NCBI RefSeq assembly: GCF_001945605.1
Contig: NZ_MPKA01000106.1
Coordinates: 1-26,592, forward strand
Direction: 5' to 3'
Length of the DNA: 26,592 bases
Source: Dubosiella newyorkensis
GTDB lineage: Bacteria; Bacillota_I; Bacilli_A; Erysipelotrichales; Erysipelotrichaceae
Below, in pieces: positions 1 through 6,533 of the stretch. Within the stretch, counting starts at the first letter, position 1; each line of letters begins with the position of its first letter. The notes below the pieces were generated by a model. It saw only the letters and a list, made by a program, of their open reading frames with translations. It searched no databases and was not told the DNA's origin. Both the position numbers and the translations under genes were made by a program.

Positions 1-25
1 ATTCTCTGTCATAATGTTTTGCCAT
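1..25 (-). CDS. 5' end of an unidentified CDS running off the left edge (MAKHYDRE...)
   Basis: Minus-strand ATG at 25..23 is preceded by AGGAGG (39..34) with 8-nt spacing. Only 8 codons are visible, so no product call is possible. Confidence 0.3.
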
Positions 26-71
26 TTTTCATTCCTCCTCATTCTGGAATTCAAATTGTTCTTCTTATGAC

Positions 72-80
72 ATTCTACCA
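72..80 (-). promoter_or_regulatory. Candidate extended -10 (TGgTAGAAT) for the left-edge gene
   Basis: Plus-strand attctacca is TGGTAGAAT on the minus strand, about 45 nt upstream of the ATG at 25. The -35 is weak. Confidence 0.3.
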
Positions 81-186
81 CTTGAATTTTCAGAGGTTTA
101 AGGAATACACCATTAATACTAAATCCAGGTACTGTATCCAATCAAAGAGAATAAACGAATCAAAAAATACTGGGAAGGTATAGATG

Positions 187-226
187 AAAAAAAGGCCTCT
201 TTAATAGCAAGTGCTATTAAAGAGGC
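187..226 (-). terminator. Intrinsic-terminator-like hairpin with no obvious upstream gene (orphan)
   Basis: Perfect 14-bp stem, GCCTCTTTAATAGC (195-208) with GCTATTAAAGAGGC (213-226), and a 4-nt loop. On the minus strand it is followed by seven T (193..187). Confidence 0.55.
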
Positions 227-338
227 GGATCTCCAGTAAATTATTTCCCGTGTCTACTTGACAGGGGGCTGATCAAAAGCGGCTTTCTTTTTTTTTTGTT
301 AAATAGATTAAAGTGAAACCATTCAAAAGGAGGGATCG

Positions 339-1025
339 ATGATGAAATCATTTCTAAAAGGTGTTCGTCAAAGTATTCTGATCATGCTTGACTACATTCC
401 GATCGCGATCGCTTATGCCTCGCTCGCTCGTACTTTTGGTTTGAATCTTCTAGAAACGATATCGATGTCTTTATTTGTCTATACAGGAGCAGGTCAAATG
501 AGCGCAGCTGGGATGCTTGCCAAAGGAATCGGAATGATTGCGATCGTTATGACCGTCTTCATCATGAATTTGCGTCATATTATTATGAGTACAGTTGTTA
601 TGGAAGATTTGCGACATGTTCCATGGTGGAAACGTTGTATCCTCGCTTTTGGCGTGACAGATGAAGTATTTGCGGTATATACGATGGAAGATGAAAAAAA
701 CAAGGGAAGTGGCATGATCTTTTTTGGGATCATGCTTGGGGCATGGCTTTCCTGGAATTTAGGAACGCTGATCGGCTATGGTTTATCTGGTTATTTATCC
801 GCTTCTTTAATGGCATCTTTTGGGATGGCGCTCTATGCGATGTTTATCGCGCTTCTGATGCCCGCCTTGTGTAAACTAAAAAAGCTTTGGATCCCGGTAG
901 GCGTGTCCGCTTTGATTGGGATGCTGATTTCTAGTTTTGTTTCTTCGAATGCCGGATTGATCATAGGCAGTCTGGCAGGAGCTTTTGTTGGAACGTTCGT
1001 TCTATCCGAGGAGGATCTTTCATGA
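339..1025 (+). CDS. azlC: AzlC-family branched-chain amino-acid transporter subunit
   Basis: 228-aa polytopic membrane protein with an AzlC-like N-terminus (IPIAIAYASLA, YTGAGQM). AAGGAGGG RBS at 327-334. Tandem ATGs at 339 and 342, and 342 has the better spacing. Overlaps the azlD start. Confidence 0.85.
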   Translation: MMKSFLKGVRQSILIMLDYIPIAIAYASLARTFGLNLLETISMSLFVYTGAGQMSAAGMLAKGIGMIAIVMTVFIMNLRHIIMSTVVMEDLRHVPWWKRCILAFGVTDEVFAVYTMEDEKNKGSGMIFFGIMLGAWLSWNLGTLIGYGLSGYLSASLMASFGMALYAMFIALLMPALCKLKKLWIPVGVSALIGMLISSFVSSNAGLIIGSLAGAFVGTFVLSEEDLS

Positions 1026-1303
1026 AGATGGCGATCTTGATCGGCTTGCTTTCTCTTGCGACCTATCTTCCTCGCGTGCTTCCAGCGCTGTTGATCGATT
1101 CGATCCATTTTTCTAAGCGTTGGCGAACTTTTTTGCGCCTCTTACCTTATACGGTCATGGCCGCTCTCATCGTTCCTGGAACGTTATCTGGCGATGGAGA
1201 AAGTTTTGCTGGAAGTCTCGCAGGAACTTTTGTTGCGATCCTAGGTGGCTGGTTTTCTTTACCGCCTATTTTTGTCGTGCTTTTGGCGGTTTTAAGCGCA
1301 TAG
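1022..1303 (+). CDS. azlD: AzlD-family small membrane subunit
   Basis: 93-aa hydrophobic protein. ATGA overlap with azlC, the classic azlCD pairing. Confidence 0.8.
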   Translation: MKMAILIGLLSLATYLPRVLPALLIDSIHFSKRWRTFLRLLPYTVMAALIVPGTLSGDGESFAGSLAGTFVAILGGWFSLPPIFVVLLAVLSA

Positions 1304-1391
1304 ATCGTGAAGGTCGTATGCTAACATTTAGATTTTCTCGCGTCCTTTCTTTATAAAAAAATCAATCATGAATTTCTAAAGCTAGATCGAT

Positions 1392-1425
1392 AAAAAAAGG
1401 AACGAGGGTCAAATCGTTCCTTTTT
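1392..1425. terminator. Bidirectional intrinsic terminator
   Basis: Stem GGAACGA (1399-1405) with TCGTTCC (1414-1420), flanked by A7 (1392-1398) and T5 (1421-1425). Lies 3 nt past the stop of the minus-strand gene and downstream of azlD. Confidence 0.8.
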
Positions 1426-1428
1426 CGT

Positions 1429-2355
1429 CTATTCTATAAATTGGATCTTGCCGCTGACTGTGCTGATTTTTAATATTGATTCTGGATCTGTACCTGGAAA
1501 ACGCATTTGAGAACCAGGAATCGAGGAGAAAATAAAATCTTTTTGCTTATTGATTTCGGTTTTGATCGTTCCGCATACTGTGTTTACTCGAATCGAGGAG
1601 TTTGTTTCGATTCCTAGGATCAGTTTGCCATTGACAGAAGAGATCTTTCCTTCCTTGATCCTGCAAGACTGTAATTTCGCATCGCCATTGACCGTATCGA
1701 AACGAAGCGTTCCAAGTTCATTAGCAACGATATCAATATCTCCGTTCACACTTGAGATCTTCGTGGAGTCAAAGTTGTTATTTTCTAAAAAAAGATTGCC
1801 GTTCACGACTTCAAATCGAGCCGAGCTCGCCTGCTGGTCGATCACTTTCATTTCAGCGTTCACGCTGTGGATCTCTAGCCATTCGAGATCCAAGTTATGA
1901 GGAAGATCGACATGCAAGATGATTTCCGGATATTTCTTCTTAAATAAGCTGATCTTAGATTGAGGTTTGGCGCTAATGATTAGTTTTGCTTCCTCTTGCA
2001 GAATATTGAGAAATTCTTGCCCTTTTTCACAGCGGATTTGTGCCACATCGTTTGTTTGAAGGACAATTTGTCCATTAGGAATCGAAATCAGCACACTTTT
2101 CAACGTTTCAAAGTAAAGACTTTTATTCGTTTGGGATGGAATAGGAGGTAGGGAAGCTTCTTTCGTTTTGGCTTCTTCTCCTTCAAAATAGGATACTACC
2201 TCTTCGATCGGTCCTAGGGAAGCCAAATATTCTTCTTCAGCTAAGCCCGATTCTTCCGTGGCTTCTTGTAAATAAGCAATCATATCCTCAACTTCTTGAG
2301 GAGAATGATGTGCAAGCAATTGATTCCTTAATTGTTCATAATAACGGTTCGACAT
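1429..2355 (-). CDS. DUF1700-like N-terminal helical domain fused to DUF4097 beta-strand repeats (LiaG/YvlB-like), with no TM segment
   Basis: Repeated (S/T)VNG(D/K)hxh strands: SVNGDIDI, TVNGDAKL, SVNGKLIL, TVCGTIKT, TVSGKIQF. The acidic helical N-terminus resembles PadR-associated DUF1700. Start moved to ATG 2355 (MSNRYY) because AGGAG lies 7 nt upstream; the ORF-track start at 2385 has no RBS. Confidence 0.7.
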   Translation of the reverse strand: MSNRYYEQLRNQLLAHHSPQEVEDMIAYLQEATEESGLAEEEYLASLGPIEEVVSYFEGEEAKTKEASLPPIPSQTNKSLYFETLKSVLISIPNGQIVLQTNDVAQIRCEKGQEFLNILQEEAKLIISAKPQSKISLFKKKYPEIILHVDLPHNLDLEWLEIHSVNAEMKVIDQQASSARFEVVNGNLFLENNNFDSTKISSVNGDIDIVANELGTLRFDTVNGDAKLQSCRIKEGKISSVNGKLILGIETNSSIRVNTVCGTIKTEINKQKDFIFSSIPGSQMRFPGTDPESILKISTVSGKIQFIE

Positions 2356-2371
2356 TCGTTTCTCCTTTCGT

Positions 2372-2671
2372 TTACACGATAGCATCGATCTTTGTTTCGT
2401 ATTGTTTCCAATCTTTGCGCATAGCAGTCAGTTCTTCACGACCTTGTAAAGTGAGCGTGTAATATTTTCGACGACGATTACGGATCGTCTTTTCATAACT
2501 ATCGATCTGTTTTTCACTCTGCAGCTTTTTTAAGATTGGATACAGCACAGGTTCTTTGATATTTTGGATCGTTTTGATCGTTTGACAAATTTCGTATCCA
2601 TACGAGTCTTGTTTTTCCAAACACGCAAGAATCAAAAATTCAAGCATTGGAGCTGGTAATGGAAATCGCAT
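2372..2671 (-). CDS. padR: PadR-family transcriptional regulator (short, ~100-aa subfamily)
   Basis: Winged-helix signature: SYGYEICQTI...LYPILKKL...RRKYYTLTLQG. AAAGGAGA RBS 7 nt upstream of the ATG. Confidence 0.85.
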   Translation of the reverse strand: MRFPLPAPMLEFLILACLEKQDSYGYEICQTIKTIQNIKEPVLYPILKKLQSEKQIDSYEKTIRNRRRKYYTLTLQGREELTAMRKDWKQYETKIDAIV

Positions 2672-2704
2672 AGATCCGTCTCCTTTCTGTAGGTTTATTA
2701 TAAC

Positions 2705-2734
2705 ATTATATATATAAAAATTATATATATAAAA
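2705..2734. repeat. Perfect tandem duplication of a 15-bp AT unit (ATTATATATATAAAA x2); candidate padR promoter/operator
   Basis: Units at 2705-2719 and 2720-2734 are identical. Read on the minus strand they give TTTATA (2733..2728), a 17-nt spacer, then TATAAT (2710..2705), 34 nt upstream of the padR ATG. Confidence 0.85.
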
Positions 2735-2770
2735 CTGAAATATATTAAGATTCAGAATTATTTTCGTAAC

Positions 2771-2799
2771 TTTCTATCCGAACCGATCCTTCGTATAAT
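2771..2799 (+). promoter_or_regulatory. Candidate promoter of the response-regulator gene
   Basis: TATAAT at 2794-2799 with a weak -35 TTTCTA at 2771-2776 (17-nt spacer), 30 nt upstream of the ATG at 2829. Confidence 0.3.
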
Positions 2800-2828
2800 G
2801 AATAGCAACGATAGAGGAGGTTCGGACA

Positions 2829-3494
2829 ATGAAAATGATCTTGATCGTTGAGGATGACTTGGAAATTGGAAATGTTCTTCAAGAAATTCTCATCGCCGAA
2901 GGATATCGTATAGCTCGCGCTTTCTCGGGAACAGAAGCGCTCCTTTTTCTTTCGAATCATTCACCGGATCTTGTCCTTCTTGATTTGATGCTGCCAGGAT
3001 TGTGCGGGGAAGAAGTATTAAGAGCAATTCAAGATATTCCAGTGATCGTCTTGAGTGCTAAAGTTGATCTAGATCACAAGGTGGATTTGCTTTCCGGCGG
3101 AGCGGTCGACTATATCACGAAACCGTTTTATCCAAGAGAATTATTAGCTCGCATTGCGATCCATCTTCGCACATTTCGATCTTCTCTCAATCAAGGGATC
3201 CTCGTATTTGATGAACTGGAATTAAATATGGATACGCGTCTTTTAAATGTTCAAGGAAAAGAAATCAAGTTGACACGTACGGAATTTGCGATCTTAAAAC
3301 TTCTTATGATCAATCCGAATCAAGTGATCACAAAATCCCAACTGCTCGATCGAATTAGTGACGATACACCCGATTGTACGGAAGGTTCTTTGAAAATGCA
3401 TATCAGCAATTTGAGAAAGAAATTACGAGAAGTAAGTGAAAAAGACTCTATTGAAGCGATATGGGGAATTGGCTTCAAAATGAAATCTCAATAA
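2829..3494 (+). CDS. OmpR/PhoB-family response regulator
   Basis: Receiver domain (ILIVEDD, phospho-acceptor context LVLLDLMLPG, conserved K in ITKPF) plus a winged-helix C-terminus (LTRTEFAILKLL, IWGIGF). GAGGAGG RBS. Confidence 0.9.
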   Translation: MKMILIVEDDLEIGNVLQEILIAEGYRIARAFSGTEALLFLSNHSPDLVLLDLMLPGLCGEEVLRAIQDIPVIVLSAKVDLDHKVDLLSGGAVDYITKPFYPRELLARIAIHLRTFRSSLNQGILVFDELELNMDTRLLNVQGKEIKLTRTEFAILKLLMINPNQVITKSQLLDRISDDTPDCTEGSLKMHISNLRKKLREVSEKDSIEAIWGIGFKMKSQ

Positions 3495-3495
3495 T

Positions 3496-3552
3496 CTTTA
3501 CTTTTTCTTTACTCTTTCCTTGCCTTTTTTATTTACTCTTTGTCGCTATAAT
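3496..3552 (+). promoter_or_regulatory. Direct repeats CTTTACT / TTTACTCTTT upstream of a TATAAT with a poor -35; candidate regulator-dependent promoter of the ABC operon
   Basis: TTTACTTTTT at 3497-3506 and TTTACTCTTT at 3508-3517 (11-bp phasing), and TTTACTCTTT again at 3532-3541. TATAAT at 3547-3552. The -35 position reads CTTTTT. Confidence 0.4.
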
Positions 3553-3584
3553 GCCTCTAAATTGACAAGGAGGAAAAAACCAAT

Positions 3585-4499
3585 ATGGAATACGTTCTAA
3601 AAATCAATGGTTTAACAAAAAGTTATAAAAACTTTCAAGCCTTAAACGGACTTTCGTTGCATATTCCAAAAGGATCGATTTATGGATTTATAGGAAAAAA
3701 CGGAGCAGGAAAGACCACGTTGATTCGTTTGATTTGCGGTTTACAACAACCAGATGAAGGGGAGTATACGCTCTATGAGAATTTAAATCATGATCCTTCG
3801 ATCATAGAATCGCGTCGAAGAATGGGAGCCATCATAGAAACTCCATCCATTTATCTAGACCTTAGCGCGAAAGAGAATTTGATCCAGCAAGCAAAGATCT
3901 TAGGACTTCCCTCGTTGGATGGTCTAGAGGAGATCTTGCGTTTTGTTGGATTAAACGACACAGGAAAGAAAAAAGCGAAACACTTTTCCTTAGGAATGCG
4001 TCAAAGACTAGGAATTGCGATCGCACTCGTAGGTCGTCCTGATTTTATCGTTCTCGATGAGCCGATCAATGGACTTGATCCACAAGGAATCGTCGAAATA
4101 CGTGAACTGATCTTGAAATTAAACAAAGAACAACAAATCACAGTATTGATATCCAGCCATTTTTTAGATGAGTTATCGAAGCTAGCAACCCATTATGGGT
4201 TTATTGAACGAGGTCGGATCATAAAAGAGATAAGCGCGAAAGAATTAGAATTGGCATGTCGATCCTATATCCGGATCGAAGTCACAAATATTCATACACT
4301 CTCTCGCCTACTGGATTCAAAACACTTGGAGTATTCGATTCTTTCAAAGACGACGGCTGATATTTATTCAAAAATCAATATTTCCGAATTGATCTTGATG
4401 CTGAAGAAGGAAAATTGCGAAGTTCTCTCGCTCCAAGAAAAAGAAGAAAGCTTAGAAAGCTACTATATTTCTCTTTTAGGAGGCAAGGATCATGCGTAA
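3585..4499 (+). CDS. ABC transporter ATP-binding protein, BcrA / lantibiotic-immunity (LanF) type
   Basis: Walker A GKNGAGKTT, signature FSLGMRQRLG, Walker B FIVLDEP. A ~80-aa C-terminal extension ends in SLESYYISLLGG, as I recall for BcrA. Confidence 0.9.
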   Translation: MEYVLKINGLTKSYKNFQALNGLSLHIPKGSIYGFIGKNGAGKTTLIRLICGLQQPDEGEYTLYENLNHDPSIIESRRRMGAIIETPSIYLDLSAKENLIQQAKILGLPSLDGLEEILRFVGLNDTGKKKAKHFSLGMRQRLGIAIALVGRPDFIVLDEPINGLDPQGIVEIRELILKLNKEQQITVLISSHFLDELSKLATHYGFIERGRIIKEISAKELELACRSYIRIEVTNIHTLSRLLDSKHLEYSILSKTTADIYSKINISELILMLKKENCEVLSLQEKEESLESYYISLLGGKDHA

Positions 4500-5316
4500 T
4501 CTCTTATCCGCCAACTTTATGCGATTATGGAAAGAAAAAGTGTTTTGGATCTTGTTTTCATGGATGCTTGTTCTTGGCGCTTTATTTCCGATATTGAAGA
4601 AGATCAATGAAATCAAAACGAATATCATCGAAACGCCCGATAGTGCCTTTGGACAATTTGCGATCTTGATCGGAATCGTGATGGCGATCTTTTGTAGTTT
4701 TTTTGTAGGCCAAGAATATAGTGACGGAACGATCCGGAATAAGATCGTAGTTGGAAAAAAACGGATAGACATCTATCTTTCCAATTTCATTGTCTGCGTA
4801 TTTGTAAGCTTGCTTATGGGTTGTGTTTTCTTTTTTACCTATTTTATTGTTGGGATCCCGTTGTTGGGTGGTTTGACGTTTGAGCCAAAAATCGTGTTCC
4901 AACTTATTATGACTGTTTTCTTTCTTTCTGTTGCTTTTTCAAGTGTCTACACGATGATCGCTATGATATGCTCAAGCAAGTCGATTACAGCAATTCTCTC
5001 TATTTTGCTGGCCTTTTTATTTTTGTTGAGCGGTCTTTATCTCAACAAGATGCTCAATGAACCTGAAACTATATTAGGAATGCGGATGGAAGCAGGAGAG
5101 CCAGTTTACGAGGAGTCGAAAAATCCAAGTTTTTTAGAAGAAGATGAACGAAAAGTGTTCCAGTTCTTGTATGATGCAAATCTTGGAGGTCAAGTGATAC
5201 AATGTGCCACTCTCGATTCGATTCATTTATCGATCCTTCCTGTCTATTCACTCGTTTTCACCTTTGGAACTGTGATCATAGGTCTTAGGGTTTTTCAGAA
5301 AAAAAAGATCAATTAA
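4492..5316 (+). CDS. ABC-2 type permease (six predicted TM segments)
   Basis: 8-nt overlap with the ATPase gene. AGGAGG RBS. Six hydrophobic segments with a ~55-aa hydrophilic loop before the last one. Confidence 0.8.
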   Translation: MRNLLSANFMRLWKEKVFWILFSWMLVLGALFPILKKINEIKTNIIETPDSAFGQFAILIGIVMAIFCSFFVGQEYSDGTIRNKIVVGKKRIDIYLSNFIVCVFVSLLMGCVFFFTYFIVGIPLLGGLTFEPKIVFQLIMTVFFLSVAFSSVYTMIAMICSSKSITAILSILLAFLFLLSGLYLNKMLNEPETILGMRMEAGEPVYEESKNPSFLEEDERKVFQFLYDANLGGQVIQCATLDSIHLSILPVYSLVFTFGTVIIGLRVFQKKKIN

Positions 5317-5328
5317 GGAGAATTTGTT

Positions 5329-6297
5329 TTGGAATTGTGGTTATGGATGATAATCGGTATTTTAGTGGGTAGTATAGTAGTTTTATCAATAAAAATTTAT
5401 TGTTTGCGAACATCGATTCAAGAAATCGAAAGAGGACTCATCGACCGACTTGATCATGATACAAATATTTTGATCGACGTTTCCAGTCAAGATCAGTTTA
5501 TTCGAAGCTTGGCTACGACACTGAATCGGCAGCTTAAGATCCTGCGTCAAAAAAGCATTCAGTATCAAAACGGAGAACGCGAAGTTCAAAATGCGATCTC
5601 CAGTCTATCCCACGATATTCGAACGCCAATGACTGCGATCTACGGCTATATTGAGCTTTTGGAAAAACAAGAACATACGTCCGCTTCAAAACACTATATA
5701 GCCATTATTAAAAAGAGAATGGAGATACTCGCTCAACTTGCTGAAGAGCTTTTCCAGTATTCAGTGAGCGCTTCATCCACTATAAAAATGAAAAAAGAGC
5801 CTGTATTGATCAATTCGGCGTTAGAAGAAAGCATCGCAGCTTTCTATGGTACGTTGATCGATAGAAAAATCACGCCAAATATTCAAATATGCGAGACGAA
5901 AGTTATTCGAATGCTCGATCGTTCATCGTTATCTCGTATTTTTTCCAATTTATTGAACAACGCTATAAAATATAGCGAAGGAGATTTGACGATTGTATTA
6001 ACGGAGCAAGGAGAGATCATTATTTCAAATCGAACGAACGCATTGGATCCGATTCAAGTCGGAAAATTGTTCGATCGATTTTATACAGTGGATACAGCTC
6101 AAAAATCCACTGGTTTAGGATTGGCGATCGTAAAAAATCTCGTTGAAAAAATGGAGGGAAAAATTGATGCTGTCTATAAAAATGGGATCTTGAGCATTAT
6201 GATCGTTTTTGATGAAGAAAAGACGAAGAAGATCTTGAATCAAGGAATTAGCCAAGGTCGAGTAGAAACCAAACAAACGGATTTCGAAATCCTGTAG
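5329..6297 (+). CDS. Sensor histidine kinase with a single N-terminal TM and no extracytoplasmic domain
   Basis: H-box SHDIRTPMTAI, N-box LLNNAIKYS, FDRFYT, G2 GLGLAIVKNLV. TTG start at 5329, 8 nt after AAGGAG (5315-5320). The only hydrophobic stretch spans residues ~5-25. Confidence 0.85.
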   Translation: MELWLWMIIGILVGSIVVLSIKIYCLRTSIQEIERGLIDRLDHDTNILIDVSSQDQFIRSLATTLNRQLKILRQKSIQYQNGEREVQNAISSLSHDIRTPMTAIYGYIELLEKQEHTSASKHYIAIIKKRMEILAQLAEELFQYSVSASSTIKMKKEPVLINSALEESIAAFYGTLIDRKITPNIQICETKVIRMLDRSSLSRIFSNLLNNAIKYSEGDLTIVLTEQGEIIISNRTNALDPIQVGKLFDRFYTVDTAQKSTGLGLAIVKNLVEKMEGKIDAVYKNGILSIMIVFDEEKTKKILNQGISQGRVETKQTDFEIL

Positions 6298-6414
6298 TGG
6301 CTTCAAGCGTATGACCGTCATGATCTAAGCATTCAAGCTTTACAATGTTCCGATATCGAACTATTTAAAAAGCTTGTGCTCGATCGTAGACTTTAAAAAT
6401 CAGTGAATTTCGTA

Positions 6415-6452
6415 GAAAAAACGTAGGACCTGTTGACGATCCTACGTTTTTT
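6415..6452. terminator. Bidirectional intrinsic terminator closing the RR-ABC-HK operon
   Basis: Stem ACGTAGGA (6421-6428) with TCCTACGT (6440-6447), an A-run before and a T-run after. Confidence 0.8.
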
Positions 6453-6477
6453 AGATTCTGTTTTGAATTTGTTGCTC

Positions 6478-6523
6478 AAAAAAAAGAGGTGTTTAGAATT
6501 TCGTTTCTAACAACAACCTCTTT
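6478..6523 (-). terminator. Intrinsic terminator of thl
   Basis: Outer stem AAAGAGGT (6483-6490) with ACCTCTTT (6516-6523). Inner stem TTAGAA with TTCTAA. On the minus strand it is followed by eight T (6485..6478). Confidence 0.7.
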
Positions 6524-6533
6524 ATTGTTTTGA

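Noticed and set aside
67-183. 38-aa plus-strand ORF (MTFYHLNFQRFKEY...) in the left intergenic region
   Set aside because: It has no SD upstream and an unremarkable composition, and it overlaps the predicted promoter of the left-edge gene. There is insufficient evidence for a small protein.
26-338. Possible T-box or riboswitch leader upstream of azlC or of the left-edge gene
   Set aside because: There is no T-box sequence (GGGTGGNACC-like), no specifier-loop architecture, and no plus-strand hairpin in front of the T10 run at 285-297. I recognised no known riboswitch core. Only the orphan hairpin is reported.
6298-6396. The reading frame stays open for 32 codons after the HK TAG stop, and TTCAAGC is repeated at 6302 and 6332 near a TACAAT (6341-6346). 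This could indicate stop-codon read-through, a gene remnant or a small RNA.
   Set aside because: A 32-codon open stretch is expected by chance roughly one time in five. There is no matching -35 for the TACAAT, and the only ORFs are 5-7 codons long. This is not enough evidence for a feature.
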